This document shows positions 49,010-59,552 of a stretch of DNA of 64,000 bases, in pieces (the stretch's first letter is position 1; each line of letters opens with the position of its first letter). Made by a program: the position numbers and the translations under genes. Under the pieces are notes generated by a model. It ran no database searches, had not been told where the DNA came from, and was given only the letters and a program-made list of their open reading frames with translations. The stretch is from positions 960,001 to 1,024,000 of the forward strand of contig OY762654.1 in NCBI GenBank assembly GCA_963666205.1, in the 5' to 3' direction. Source of the stretch: Synergistales bacterium. GTDB taxonomy: Bacteria; Synergistota; Synergistia; Synergistales; JAFGMB01.

Positions 49010-49738
49010 TCAATAATTCATAAAAGCAGGATATTTTTCCCAGGTTGACAGCCTGGGAACGGTTTCTGTCTGATCTGTTTCACAACAGAAGGCAATGTCC
49101 TTATCCATTCCCATATCATTGAGAAGACTGCAGTGACCAGCCTGCTCAATGCCCCTCCTGAGATTGCCAAAACAGCTTTCCCATAACTCCAGGGCTATAA
49201 CTGCTCCATCAGACATGGCTGCATCATTCCGGACCCTTCTTAATATCTCTACCATCAGACCGCAGCAGATAACATCATCCAGGGCCACCCTGCCCAGCCT
49301 TCCTGCACAGAGCAGGCCTATCCTGTCTCCTGTATTAAGTGCTCTTTCAATGGCAGCCGATGCATTTCTCGCACATGCTGCATAAACAGGAACTTCCTGT
49401 CCCAGGGCCCTGATAAGGGCTTTGGTGCCATTGGTCGTCGTTATCACAGCAAAGGGTTTCTCCTGCAGGATATCCTTCGAATATTCAAGGGGAGAATTCC
49501 CCATATCGAAACCTTCCGGAGGAAGGGCGTCCCTTTCTCCCATTAGAAGCCAGTCATCTCCATATGTTTCCCGGATGCGCCGGGCCTGATCAACTTCTTC
49601 AACAGGTATCATAAGCCTTCCGCCCTGGTGGAAAAAGTGAACTATGTTGGTGGTGGCCCTGAGTATATCGACGACAAGCCAAGTATCCATTTCGGGAAGA
49701 TTTTCTGCCGGTGAAAGGACAACATCTATCTCAGTCAT
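49010..49738 (-). CDS. comB: 2-phosphosulfolactate phosphatase family protein
   Basis: VVDILRATT, GER...GFDMGNSP, TTTNGT and LDDVICCG motifs. Confidence 0.9.
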   Translation of the reverse strand: MTEIDVVLSPAENLPEMDTWLVVDILRATTNIVHFFHQGGRLMIPVEEVDQARRIRETYGDDWLLMGERDALPPEGFDMGNSPLEYSKDILQEKPFAVITTTNGTKALIRALGQEVPVYAACARNASAAIERALNTGDRIGLLCAGRLGRVALDDVICCGLMVEILRRVRNDAAMSDGAVIALELWESCFGNLRRGIEQAGHCSLLNDMGMDKDIAFCCETDQTETVPRLSTWEKYPAFMNY

Positions 49739-50081
49739 ATCAGCTTTCCTCATTCCTCGAATTAAGCTGTAATTATTATATCTCAAACGGGAAAAGAAAC
49801 TTCCTTCGGGCTGGCAGGATCATCTTTTCATCACATCTTTACTTTCTCTTGATATTTGTTTAGTATGTTCTGGCGCATCTCGGTAATTATACGTATTTTA
49901 CTCTCATAGTGAGGCATGAAGTCTGTATTGTTGTGCTTATTCTAATAATTCAGGACAATCAGCTCTTGTTTTTTTCAATTTATGCTTTATAATGGCCGCA
50001 CTTGCAGCACTCCCTCACTTTCATTTATGGTTAATTTTTAAACCGGATGAAAGTAAAGCAAGAACAAGGAGGATGATCAAA

Positions 50082-50786
50082 TTGCATAGAAAGGCTACCT
50101 GCACGATCTTCGCCCTCCTTCTGCTTTCAGTATCTGCATTTTTCATAGCGAACGCCATACTTCCATGTCTTGCTGTCAGCGGGTTGGGGAATGAGAATGA
50201 AAATTCACATAAACGAATAGTGGATCCCGACTCCACGGCAATGGCTCTGGTCCAGGAAATGCCCTCCATGATAAATGCCCTGGGCAGAAATCTGGATACA
50301 GGTCCCATCAAGGCACTTTCCGGAATGTATGAACTTGCACTGGATATCCAGGATCAGGCTGAACTGATATCCCGATATATCCAGAAACAGAACAGCAGGA
50401 TCGACGACCTTACTGCCCTTCAGGAGGCCCTTGCCTTCATCCACTACAGTACAAAATACGAAGTGCCAATTGATCTTGTCATAGCTGTTGCTAATACTGA
50501 GAGTCATTTTGACCCCGAGGCGAAGAGCGGACATGGTTCCGCAGGGGTTATGCAGGTTACATGGCGGGTTCATGAAGCACTGCTTAAGGCAAACGGCATC
50601 TATTATGAAGAAGACCTTCACGATCCGGTTAAGGGAATAGCAGCGGGAACCCTTCTTGTTTCCCGGTACCTTAAAGCCTATGGCACACCGGAGAAGGCTC
50701 TTGGGCGTTATTACGGAGGCTCGGCATCTGTTTACTGGAGCAGGATCTCAAGGAACCTGGCCAGGCTCAAGAAATACACAATGTAA
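50082..50786 (+). CDS. Lytic transglycosylase (SLT domain)
   Basis: TESHFDPEAKS, GVMQV and ALGRYYG motifs; TTG start chosen for spacing from AGGAGG. Confidence 0.85.
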   Translation: MHRKATCTIFALLLLSVSAFFIANAILPCLAVSGLGNENENSHKRIVDPDSTAMALVQEMPSMINALGRNLDTGPIKALSGMYELALDIQDQAELISRYIQKQNSRIDDLTALQEALAFIHYSTKYEVPIDLVIAVANTESHFDPEAKSGHGSAGVMQVTWRVHEALLKANGIYYEEDLHDPVKGIAAGTLLVSRYLKAYGTPEKALGRYYGGSASVYWSRISRNLARLKKYTM

Positions 50787-50869
50787 AACACATGATCGGT
50801 CAGCGCCGGGAATCATCCCGGTCCTGACCGGGATGAAAACGTGGAAATATCCTTTCAGACAGATCTGCC

Positions 50870-51745
50870 TCAAGTTCTATCTCCAAAAGAAAACCCGTCC
50901 TCCCTGAAAACATCGATACAGGCTTTCACTACATGGGGGTCAAACAGTTTTTCGCTGTCCTTCCTTATAGTTTCAAGAGCCTCATCAAGTCCGACCGCAG
51001 CCCTGTAAGGGCGATTGGAAGACATGGTCTCAACTACATCAGCTACCGCTATTATCCTCGAACAGAGATGTATTTCCTCTCCCTTAAGCCCATAGGGATA
51101 ACCTGAACCATCCATCCTTTCATGATGCTGGGAAATGATCTCGGCTACCGGACATGGAAAATCTATCTCCTCGACGATATCCTTCCCCATCTTCGGATGA
51201 GTCCGTATCATCCTGTATTCAAGTTCTGAAAGATCTCCAGGCTTTGTAAGCAGATCTGAAGGAAGGCTGATCTTGCCGATGTCATGTATCATGGAGCTTA
51301 TCCTCAGACATTCAGTCTCCTCTTCTGAAAGACCCATTTTCTCTGCTATGGCAACAGCGAGCATGGTCACCCTCTCCTGGTGTCCCTGGGTATAGGGATC
51401 CTTGGTTTCAAGGATCTTGCTTATGGATCTTATAGCACTGTCAAGGGTTTTTGCCATTCTTTCATAATTGAGACGGATCTCAGTCTCATATCTTTTTTCT
51501 ATATTGGAACGGCCTTTCAGTTCGCCATAAATGTAGGAAAAAAGGAGAATACCGCTCACGATGACAAATAGCAGGCCCTTGTACGTCTGGAATCTCGAAA
51601 GCTGCTCCGGAGATTTTGCTAAATGCTCGATAAGGGTATCGGAAAAGAATATCCATGCACCGGCAATAAGAATATAAAAGGATACTATCCTCAACGTGAT
51701 CCTGAAGATCCGGTTTTTACTCTCTCCATGCCCTGTATCCTTCAT
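50870..51745 (-). CDS. Membrane-anchored HD-GYP phosphodiesterase
   Basis: KDPYTQGH, HDIGK, HHERMDGSGYP and RPYR motifs; two N-terminal TM helices. Confidence 0.93.
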   Translation of the reverse strand: MKDTGHGESKNRIFRITLRIVSFYILIAGAWIFFSDTLIEHLAKSPEQLSRFQTYKGLLFVIVSGILLFSYIYGELKGRSNIEKRYETEIRLNYERMAKTLDSAIRSISKILETKDPYTQGHQERVTMLAVAIAEKMGLSEEETECLRISSMIHDIGKISLPSDLLTKPGDLSELEYRMIRTHPKMGKDIVEEIDFPCPVAEIISQHHERMDGSGYPYGLKGEEIHLCSRIIAVADVVETMSSNRPYRAAVGLDEALETIRKDSEKLFDPHVVKACIDVFREDGFSFGDRT

Positions 51746-51830
51746 ATCGGATCATCTCCCTGATCCACGGCAGTATAAAAAAGAAGCTTGAGCCAGATTC
51801 CGGTCATAAGATCAATTATCGAATGGAGGC

Positions 51831-52760
51831 TCAGGAAACCCCTTCAATAGTAACCATGTTTCTCCCGCCCTGCTTACTTCTGTACATCATCTGATCTGCA
51901 CGATGAACAAGGGTATCTGCACTATCATCGATCATTGCCAGAGATCCGCCGATGGAAACAGTAACCCTGATACTATCCATATTTTCAGTAAAGACAGAGG
52001 ATCCAACCAGTATCCTTATCCTCTCTGCAACATTCTCCAGCATGGAAAGGGAAGATTCAGGAAGAGCTATTACAAATTCTTCTCCACCCCACCGGCACAC
52101 CAGATCTTCCGACCTCAGGATATTTTTAAGAGTCCCCGCCACCATTACAAGAACGTTATCTCCCACCTGATGGCCGTATAAGTCATTAAATTTTTTAAAA
52201 TGATCAATATCAATGAAAAGAAGGCCCAGTGGAGACAGTTCAAGGGATCTCATTTCATGGAGTTTAAGAGAAATGAAGGTATGGCCATATCTTCTGTTCA
52301 TGACCGATGTAAGAGGATCTCGAAAGGCTTCCTTTTCCAGTTTCCGGATGGTCCTCATGGATCTGTCAAGTTTCGTATTATCACTGAATACCTCCACCGC
52401 ACCAATGATCCTTCCTTCGGTGTCACGAAGAGGAGATATTCTTATCAGAACGGGAACCCTGTATCCATCACAGTGATGGAGAAAAACAGATGCTTCCCTG
52501 TCGAGTCCATCCTTTAAAGTCTCATGAAGGGGACACCCTTCCAGGCAGAGTTTTTTCCCCCTGTTATCCACATGCATCAGGATATTATCTGCACAGCTTT
52601 TGCCCAGCACTTTTTCTGAAGCATACCCCGTTATCCTTTCAGCACCCTTGTTCCAGAAGAGGATCTTTCTCGAAGTATCAACGACATACACACCATCGTA
52701 TAACTCCTCAAGAACATGTCTGAAAAAAACGGGATTGGCCAGCATGCTGTCTACAGGCAT
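51831..52760 (-). CDS. PAS-GGDEF diguanylate cyclase
   Basis: PAS (WNKGAERITGY), DIDHFKKFND and RxxD...RWGGEEF motifs. Confidence 0.93.
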   Translation of the reverse strand: MPVDSMLANPVFFRHVLEELYDGVYVVDTSRKILFWNKGAERITGYASEKVLGKSCADNILMHVDNRGKKLCLEGCPLHETLKDGLDREASVFLHHCDGYRVPVLIRISPLRDTEGRIIGAVEVFSDNTKLDRSMRTIRKLEKEAFRDPLTSVMNRRYGHTFISLKLHEMRSLELSPLGLLFIDIDHFKKFNDLYGHQVGDNVLVMVAGTLKNILRSEDLVCRWGGEEFVIALPESSLSMLENVAERIRILVGSSVFTENMDSIRVTVSIGGSLAMIDDSADTLVHRADQMMYRSKQGGRNMVTIEGVS

Positions 52761-52765
52761 ATTAT

Positions 52766-54238
52766 TTACTCCCCCCAGAATATCCGGATAATATCATCTT
52801 CAGGTTTATCTGTGGCGATGCTGAAGACAATGAAAAGAACAAGAGCTATGAGAAGTGTGGGAACGATCACATGCATACCCCATAACCTTTTAACATAAAT
52901 GACAAGGTAAAAATAGGATGCGACTCCCCCTGTCATGGAAGCAAAAGCTCCGGCTGCATTCGCCCTTTTCCAGTAAAGTCCCAGCACAAGGGGCCACAAA
53001 AAGGCAGCCTGCAGTCCGCCAAAGGCAAAAAGATTTATCCATACGATCAGGTCTGGAGGATCAAAGGAAGCTGCGAAGACGATCGTACCGACTATAGCAG
53101 TAGTCCAGAAACTGAGCCAGTGGATCCTGGAAGTTTCACTTCCCTTTTCCCCGGCTCCGGGATTTATGTAATTCAGATAAAGGTCATTAACAATGGTGGC
53201 CGAAGCGAGGATGAGCTGGGAATCTATGGTAGACATTATAGCTGCCAGGGGCCCGGCCAGGAATACTCCTGCCATATAGGGCGGAAGGACCTTGATTATA
53301 AGGGCCGGCATTATCCTGTCTCCTACCGCAAGGTCTGGAATTATGGCCCTGCCAAATGCTCCGCACAAGTGCATCCCCAGCATCAGGAAACCCACAACTA
53401 CCGTACCCAGGACTATGGCCATATGCATTGACCTGCTGTCACGATATCCAAAACATCGGACCGCCGTATGGGGCAGTCCGATAACCCCAAAACAGACAAG
53501 GATCCAGAAGGACAGGATAAAGGGTCTGGAAATAAAATCCCGGGGTCCGAAGGGCGTTATCAGGGCAGGGTCGATGGCCCTGAGATCGGTTACGATATTG
53601 CCCACTCCTCCACCGATCTTTATTATACCGAAGAGCAGAGCGAAGGTCCCCACCATCATGACACAGCCCTGGACCGCATCTGTAAGCGCCACAGCCCTGA
53701 AACCGCCAATGGTGGTATAGATTATCACTGTAACTGCAAAAATGATCAGTCCAGTGTTGTAAGACAGGCCCGTTACCCCTTCAAAGAGCCTTGCCCCTCC
53801 GATAAACTGTGCGACCATAGCCGCAATAAAGAAAACGAGGAGGCTCAGGGATCCCAGGATAACAACAGCCCGGCTCCGATATCTTTCATGAAGGATATCA
53901 TTAATGGTTACGGCATTTATCCTTCTTGCTACAATGGCAAATTTTTTTCCCAGAACACCAAGAGTAAGCCATGCTGCGGGAAGCTGTATCATTGCAAGGA
54001 GGATCCACCCGAGACCCATCTTGTATGCGACCCCTGGCCCTCCCACAAAACTGCTCGCACTTGTGTAAGTTGCCACCAGTGTCATAGCCAGCACAAAACC
54101 GCCCATTCCCCTGCTTCCGATAAAATATTCTTCAAGGAAATTGCCGGATCTGGAAAGAACCCGGTTACTGTAAAAGGCCATAAGGTAAACCAGGGCAAGG
54201 TATATGAACAGCGGAGCTACAACCCGGTGATCAGTCAT
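52766..54238 (-). CDS. panF: Sodium/pantothenate symporter
   Basis: EYFIGSRGMGGFVLAMTLVATYTSASSFVGGPG; GGFRAVALTD; preceded by yhdT as in the known yhdT-panF pair. Confidence 0.92.
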   Translation of the reverse strand: MTDHRVVAPLFIYLALVYLMAFYSNRVLSRSGNFLEEYFIGSRGMGGFVLAMTLVATYTSASSFVGGPGVAYKMGLGWILLAMIQLPAAWLTLGVLGKKFAIVARRINAVTINDILHERYRSRAVVILGSLSLLVFFIAAMVAQFIGGARLFEGVTGLSYNTGLIIFAVTVIIYTTIGGFRAVALTDAVQGCVMMVGTFALLFGIIKIGGGVGNIVTDLRAIDPALITPFGPRDFISRPFILSFWILVCFGVIGLPHTAVRCFGYRDSRSMHMAIVLGTVVVGFLMLGMHLCGAFGRAIIPDLAVGDRIMPALIIKVLPPYMAGVFLAGPLAAIMSTIDSQLILASATIVNDLYLNYINPGAGEKGSETSRIHWLSFWTTAIVGTIVFAASFDPPDLIVWINLFAFGGLQAAFLWPLVLGLYWKRANAAGAFASMTGGVASYFYLVIYVKRLWGMHVIVPTLLIALVLFIVFSIATDKPEDDIIRIFWGE

Positions 54239-54542
54239 GGTCCATCTTTCCCTTTCCATCTCCGGCTGGCTTCTCAAGGGGCATATCCCGAAAAAGGAAA
54301 ACCACCATAAGTAAAGCGAGGATCGAAAAAACAATAAAACCGGCTATACAGCTGAGAAAGAACCATGACGGGAAACCTGCAATATAGGAATATTCTTCGA
54401 CTGGACGGGAACCCGGTCCATATGCGGTCAGGTACCACCATGCAAAATAGAGGAATGCAAGTACCAGAGCATAAAGGGCTTCTCTATTGGCAACCGCAAA
54501 ACGGGGATCCTGGAGGAGAATCCCCTTTCGTATTCTCATCAT
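54231..54542 (-). CDS. yhdT: YhdT/DUF997 family membrane protein
   Basis: DPRFAVANREA, GFPSWFFLSC and FRDMPL motifs; SD AGGAGG. Confidence 0.88.
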   Translation of the reverse strand: MMRIRKGILLQDPRFAVANREALYALVLAFLYFAWWYLTAYGPGSRPVEEYSYIAGFPSWFFLSCIAGFIVFSILALLMVVFLFRDMPLEKPAGDGKGKMDHD

Positions 54543-54658
54543 TGTAATCCTCCTGCAACGAGATCTTTCCAAGGGACCTTTGCTTTTCCATTTACAAGCT
54601 TTAGGAAACGATTCTTCAAGGCAAATGGGTGTTCCCCATACCCCCGGGTCAGGTAAGG

Positions 54659-55252
54659 CTAAATGTCCTTACTCTCCCAGTTCCCGTATTCCATATATAC
54701 GGCCCTACTGTCCGCCTCATCCTGGCCATGCAGCCTTGCCACCACATGTAAGGAAAGATCGATTCCTGCCGATACTCCGGCTGCTGTAAGGATCTTTCCG
54801 TTATCCACAAAGCGCCTGCCCGTGACAATTTCTGCTTTTGGGGCTATCTCCCTGAAGAGTTCCCTCACACTGTGATGGGTGGTACATTCCAATCCGTCAA
54901 GGAGACCCAGTCTGCCAAGGATAAAGGAGCCTGTACATACTGAAAGGGTTATCTCACTTTCCTTATGGCACGCCGAGACCCAGTTCAATACATTCTCATT
55001 GTAAACTTCTTTACGGGTTCCCCTGCCCCCCGGAAGGATAAGAATATCCATGTGGGGATGATCCCGAAAGGAATGGTCGGGAAAAACTTTCAGACCGTTA
55101 ACGGTATTTATGGCCTCTCCATTCCAGGATATGGTAAAAACATTGAACAGAGATTCTTCCTCCTCGTCTATCCTTATGGAAAAAACCTCATAGGGTCCTG
55201 CAAGATCAAGAAGTTCCATGTTGTCGAAGATCCATATACCGACGTTTCTCAT
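54659..55252 (-). CDS. DJ-1/PfpI family protein
   Basis: ELLDLAGPYEVF, PGG, SVCTG and AAGVSAGID motifs. Confidence 0.9.
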   Translation of the reverse strand: MRNVGIWIFDNMELLDLAGPYEVFSIRIDEEEESLFNVFTISWNGEAINTVNGLKVFPDHSFRDHPHMDILILPGGRGTRKEVYNENVLNWVSACHKESEITLSVCTGSFILGRLGLLDGLECTTHHSVRELFREIAPKAEIVTGRRFVDNGKILTAAGVSAGIDLSLHVVARLHGQDEADSRAVYMEYGNWESKDI

Positions 55253-55480
55253 GAAATTCCCCCTTATATATTCTGGCGGTACTCCCTGGTAAGGATCAGT
55301 TTCAGAAGCAAAGCCTGACCAGGGAACATAAAGCTTACCGGACTTCACTGATTCCTCTGTACAGATTAAACATGGCAGAACAGCACATTTTCCAATGACA
55401 TCCCATTCGCTTTATCGTATCATATAGACAAAAGAAAACTTACAGATTCAAGATCTTATCTCCTCAAGGAGGCTTGAACA

Positions 55481-56308
55481 ATGGCTAATCCAGTCTGGAA
55501 AAACGAAGGCTTTGAAGTAACGGCAAGATCAACAGGATCCACACCCCTCAAAGTCAGAAATGTAGTCAATAAAGCCATGATATGCCTGTTCATACTTGTG
55601 ATATCCACGGCGTATATGTGGACAAGCTATTACGCAGGAAAAGGGATCGTTCTTCCCACGGTTATCGCGATAGGCGGAGGTCTTGCAGGCTTTTATGTTT
55701 CCTTCCGCGTACCGGAGATCTCTGTCGTTACAGTCCCCCTTTTCATGATCCTGGAAGGCCTCACTGTAGGAGGAGTTTCAGCCCTTGTGGAATTCTTCTA
55801 TCCAGGGGTAGTATTGAACGCTGTCACCCTTACCTACATTGCCGCACTCCTGCTTCTGCTGATGTCCCGATTCGATTTCCTGACCGCAGGGAACCGTTTT
55901 TTTCGGATATTCACACTTGCCGCCGGGTCCATAATTATTTTTTATGTCCTTAAATTCATTATGGGGATCTTCTCCATAAATATACTTAAATTTCTCAGTC
56001 CCATAGGTATGGCCATCTGCCTGGCCATAGTGATAGTCGGATCCATCAATCTTGTAAACGACATGGATTTCATCAGGGAAAGAGAAGCTCTCGGCATCCG
56101 CAAAAGAGCAGAATGGACAGCAGTACTGGGAATAATGGTCACCGTAGGCTGGGTATATCTCGAAGTGGCGAGACTCCTTTTTATGGTAAAGAGGTTCATA
56201 TCAGGCCAGATCAGGGAAAAGAAAGAAGCCTTCATCCCTGACAAGACCGAAACACGGAAAACAGAGAACATAAAAATAGAGGACAAGATAGAAGCGGATA
56301 AGAAATAG
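55481..56308 (+). CDS. Bax inhibitor-1/YccA-like membrane protein
   Basis: YPGVVLNAV, NLVND.DFI and EW....G..VT..WVYLE motifs. Confidence 0.82.
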   Translation: MANPVWKNEGFEVTARSTGSTPLKVRNVVNKAMICLFILVISTAYMWTSYYAGKGIVLPTVIAIGGGLAGFYVSFRVPEISVVTVPLFMILEGLTVGGVSALVEFFYPGVVLNAVTLTYIAALLLLLMSRFDFLTAGNRFFRIFTLAAGSIIIFYVLKFIMGIFSINILKFLSPIGMAICLAIVIVGSINLVNDMDFIREREALGIRKRAEWTAVLGIMVTVGWVYLEVARLLFMVKRFISGQIREKKEAFIPDKTETRKTENIKIEDKIEADKK

Positions 56309-56383
56309 CCCATCCGTAAATCAGACATAAGGGGAAGATCCCCCATCAGGATCTTCCCCTTGTTCATTACATGCAGGACCCTG

Positions 56384-57232
56384 TCACACACCTGGGTCCA
56401 GAATTATATTGTCTATGAGTCTGGCCTTCCCCACCCTTACAGCAAGAGCAAGAACGGCTTTTCTGTCCATGACATCAAGGTCCCTGAGATTCCCGGCATC
56501 CTTGAGGGAAACGTAATCTATTGACAGTGCCGGATCTGAAGATATTTTTTCACTTACAGCACTCATGATCTTTTCAGATGAAGTCTCACCATTTCTGGCC
56601 ATCTCATGTGCCATGGCCAGGGAACGGTTCAGGAGAAGTGCTGATCTTCTCTGCTCCGGGGTAAGATAAAGGTTGCGGCTGCTCATGGCAAGTCCATCTT
56701 CTTCCCTGACAATGGGACATGTTACTATCTCCACAGGTATGTTCAGATCCCTGACCATCCGTTTAATTACCTGGACCTGCTGGTAGTCTTTCTGACCGAA
56801 ATAGGATCTCCCGGGTCTCACTATATTGAAGAGCTTCGCTACCACCGTACAGACTCCCCTGAAATGTCCCGGCCTTGAGGCTCCGCAAAGAACTCTGCTG
56901 AGGTCATCCTCTTCAACGTGGACTGAAAAATTCTCCGGGTACATTTCTCCGGGAGAGGGTGAAAAGACCATGTCCACTCCTTCGGACTCAAGAAGGGCAA
57001 GATCTCTTTCCATATCCCTCGGATAAGCCTCCAGGTCCTCTCCAGGGCCAAACTGGATGGGATTAACAAATATGGAAACAGCCGTTATTTCATTCTGGCT
57101 GCGGCATTTTCGTACAAGGGACAGATGTCCCTCATGGAGGAAACCCATTGTCGGGACCAGTCCCAGGGTACGGCCCCGGGCATGATCTGAAAGAAACTGC
57201 CTTGCTCCTTCTACCGTTGCTGCTACAAACAA
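56384..57232 (-). CDS. panC: Pantoate-beta-alanine ligase
   Basis: PTMGFLHEGH, FVNPIQF, RPGHF, FGQKDYQQ, GLAMSSRN and RLIDN motifs. Confidence 0.97.
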   Translation of the reverse strand: MFVAATVEGARQFLSDHARGRTLGLVPTMGFLHEGHLSLVRKCRSQNEITAVSIFVNPIQFGPGEDLEAYPRDMERDLALLESEGVDMVFSPSPGEMYPENFSVHVEEDDLSRVLCGASRPGHFRGVCTVVAKLFNIVRPGRSYFGQKDYQQVQVIKRMVRDLNIPVEIVTCPIVREEDGLAMSSRNLYLTPEQRRSALLLNRSLAMAHEMARNGETSSEKIMSAVSEKISSDPALSIDYVSLKDAGNLRDLDVMDRKAVLALAVRVGKARLIDNIILDPGV

Positions 57233-57352
57233 GGAAAAACACCTCCAACGTGGATCAGTAGTTCTATAATTCAACACATTACCATAATCCGGTTATACCT
57301 GCTGCATAAAGCAGGGGGATCCATAAAAAAGGATCCCCCTGCAATTTATCAT

Positions 57353-57739
57353 TCATCTTCTGATCTCGCCGTGGATCTCCTGTGAGGACTGATCCATTAT
57401 CGTGTTGTTATCATCCACGAAGACCACCCTGGTCTCAAGACCCGCCGTCTCTTCCTCCGGGATCCAGCAATAGGCAATGATTATAACCCTGTCTCCCACC
57501 TGAACAGACCTTGCGGCTGCTCCGTTGAGACAGACCATACCGCTGCCCTCCGGCCCCTCTATTGTGTAGGTCTCGAGTCGGGCGCCGTTATTCACATTGA
57601 CGATCTGGACCTTTTCTCCCGGAAGGATACCCGCTGCGTTCAGAAGAAGTTTATCTATTGTAATGCTACCCACATAGTCGAGCTCGGCCTGGGTAACAAC
57701 AGCTCTATGGATCTTACCCTTGAACATATTCAGGAACAC
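57353..57739 (-). CDS. panD: Aspartate 1-decarboxylase
   Basis: [18 protein letters not shown] and NGAAAR motifs. Confidence 0.97.
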   Translation of the reverse strand: MFLNMFKGKIHRAVVTQAELDYVGSITIDKLLLNAAGILPGEKVQIVNVNNGARLETYTIEGPEGSGMVCLNGAAARSVQVGDRVIIIAYCWIPEEETAGLETRVVFVDDNNTIMDQSSQEIHGEIRR

Positions 57740-57891
57740 AGTAAAGATCACCTCTTATTGAAAGTACTAATGAAAACCGTTACCATTTACAGTTAAATTC
57801 GCCGTATTTTAACATAACTTTACAGAAATCGGAAAGATAAATGTCAACATAAGAAAAAAGCCGCCCATTCCGGGCGGCTTACTTGTATAAC

Positions 57892-58905
57892 CTAATACTG
57901 GGGAAACTGCTTGATTATAGTTTCGGGTTTCATGAGCATGCCCACGTACTGGGCCCGCTCATAGGCAAAGGGATCGGACAGGTTCTTCTTGCTCATTCTT
58001 CCGCGGAATTCCTTAAGGGAGTCAAGTTTCTTACCCTCCATCCATTTGATAAGCTCTCTCCTGATAAACCTTAAATGCTCAAGTTTGCCCTTGTAAAGGG
58101 CACTTACCAGCTGAACGCAGGAAGCACCTGCCATTATCAGCTTGGCCGCGTCCCTGCCCGAATATATACCTCCGCTGGCACAGATATCACCCTGGATCTG
58201 CCCGTAAAGAAGTCCGGTAAATCTCAGTGGAAGCTTGTAATCTCCCTCACAGCTCAGATCGAAGTTGAGAAGATTGACTTCCCTGTCGATATCAAGGTCC
58301 GGCTGGAAGAAACGGTTGAATAGGACGAAGGCTCCGGCTCCTGCCTGATCCATCTTGGATATCACATTAGCTGGATTCGCATAAAAGGGACTGAGTTTGA
58401 CACTCACAGGGATGGATATTTTCTCCCTTATCTCGCAAAGGGTCTCGATCTGCTCCTTCTCTATCTGGGCACCATCCCGGTCCGGATCAGTAGGACTGGA
58501 ATAGAAATTAAGTTCCAGCCCGTCTACGCCTGTCTTCTCAAGAAGCATGGCATATTCCACCCAGATTTCCCTGTTCACGGCATTGAGGCTTGCAATTAAA
58601 GGTATGTCAACTATCTCCCTGCTCTTTTTGACCCAGTAAAGATGTTCTTCCGGCCCCGAGTGTTCCATGCGTGGATGGATCCCTGTCATTTCAGCATGTC
58701 TTTCATCATATTCAGTAAGAGAATCATCCATTTGAAGTCTTTCAAGCTGGATCTGCTCCTCAAAAAGTGACTTCAACACGATAGCCCCCGCCCCGGCTTC
58801 CTCGATCTTTTTAAGGGTTTCAACGTGAGAAGTCATTTCACATGCTCCGACAACAAAGGGATTCTCCAGTTCAATACCCATATAACTGGTTTTCAGATCA
58901 ACCAT
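57892..58905 (-). CDS. Dihydroorotate dehydrogenase-like protein
   Basis: KSLFEEQI, ELNFY, VKLSP, LFNRFFQPD and FAYERAQY motifs. Confidence 0.88.
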   Translation of the reverse strand: MVDLKTSYMGIELENPFVVGACEMTSHVETLKKIEEAGAGAIVLKSLFEEQIQLERLQMDDSLTEYDERHAEMTGIHPRMEHSGPEEHLYWVKKSREIVDIPLIASLNAVNREIWVEYAMLLEKTGVDGLELNFYSSPTDPDRDGAQIEKEQIETLCEIREKISIPVSVKLSPFYANPANVISKMDQAGAGAFVLFNRFFQPDLDIDREVNLLNFDLSCEGDYKLPLRFTGLLYGQIQGDICASGGIYSGRDAAKLIMAGASCVQLVSALYKGKLEHLRFIRRELIKWMEGKKLDSLKEFRGRMSKKNLSDPFAYERAQYVGMLMKPETIIKQFPQY

Positions 58906-59046
58906 ATTTTCAACCTCCTTTATGGAACTGTTATGATTCAGAAATCAATACCTTTAAATCCGGGATAATTCTGGAAGAGAGTAAAAAATGAGAATAGAGC
59001 TTACTTGATTATACTAGCAGGTCATCTAGGTGAAGTAAATACCTTA

Positions 59047-59071
59047 AAGAAAAACCCGGCTTATGCCGGGT
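59047..59071 (-). terminator. Intrinsic terminator after the 56-aa ORF
   Basis: Minus strand ACCCGGC-ATAA-GCCGGGT-TTTTCTTT. Confidence 0.75.
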
Positions 59072-59086
59072 CAGAATGGTCTTTCC

Positions 59087-59257
59087 CTATATCCCTCCAA
59101 AGTACCAGCCCATTATGGCCATAACTCCCGCAAGGGCAATATTTGCCAGTCCCTTCACGGGCTGACCATATCTGAATCTCCTCAATCCCATAAAGAACAT
59201 GATCGCGGCACATATATAAAGGACCAAGGGTGCTATGTTGTCAGCAAAGAATTGCAT
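59087..59257 (-). CDS. Small two-TM membrane protein (56 aa), absent from the ORF track
   Basis: SD GGGAGG; MQFFADNIAPLVLYICAAIMFFMGLRRFRYGQPVKGLANIALAGVMAIMGWYFGGI; own terminator. Confidence 0.75.
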   Translation of the reverse strand: MQFFADNIAPLVLYICAAIMFFMGLRRFRYGQPVKGLANIALAGVMAIMGWYFGGI

Positions 59258-59552
59258 CTGAAAGACCTCCCCGGATATTATGATCTCTACAGCTATAAAC
59301 TGTCAGATAACAGGGAAGCCTGAATTGTACTTCTTCCCCGTAACAATAATACAATATCCCTGTCATATTTTTCATAATACCTGCAATTTATAACAGGAAT
59401 ACTCAAAGACCGATCTCCGGACCCGGGGAAAAGGGGGGAAGGATAGGTGCTCACCTTAAAGATAGCAACAGCTTCGGCTCTCCGGAAAAGAGCAAAGAAA
59501 CGGGGAAAGCATACATCCCTGTCTCTTTGCTCTTGCATTGAAGAATGAAATA

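Noticed and set aside
53468-54310. 280-aa plus-strand ORF
   Set aside because: Antisense shadow of panF
59063-59538. Listed ORFs 59063-59323 (+) and 59293-59538 (-)
   Set aside because: They overlap terminator hairpins, lack SDs, and the first is a shadow of the 56-aa gene
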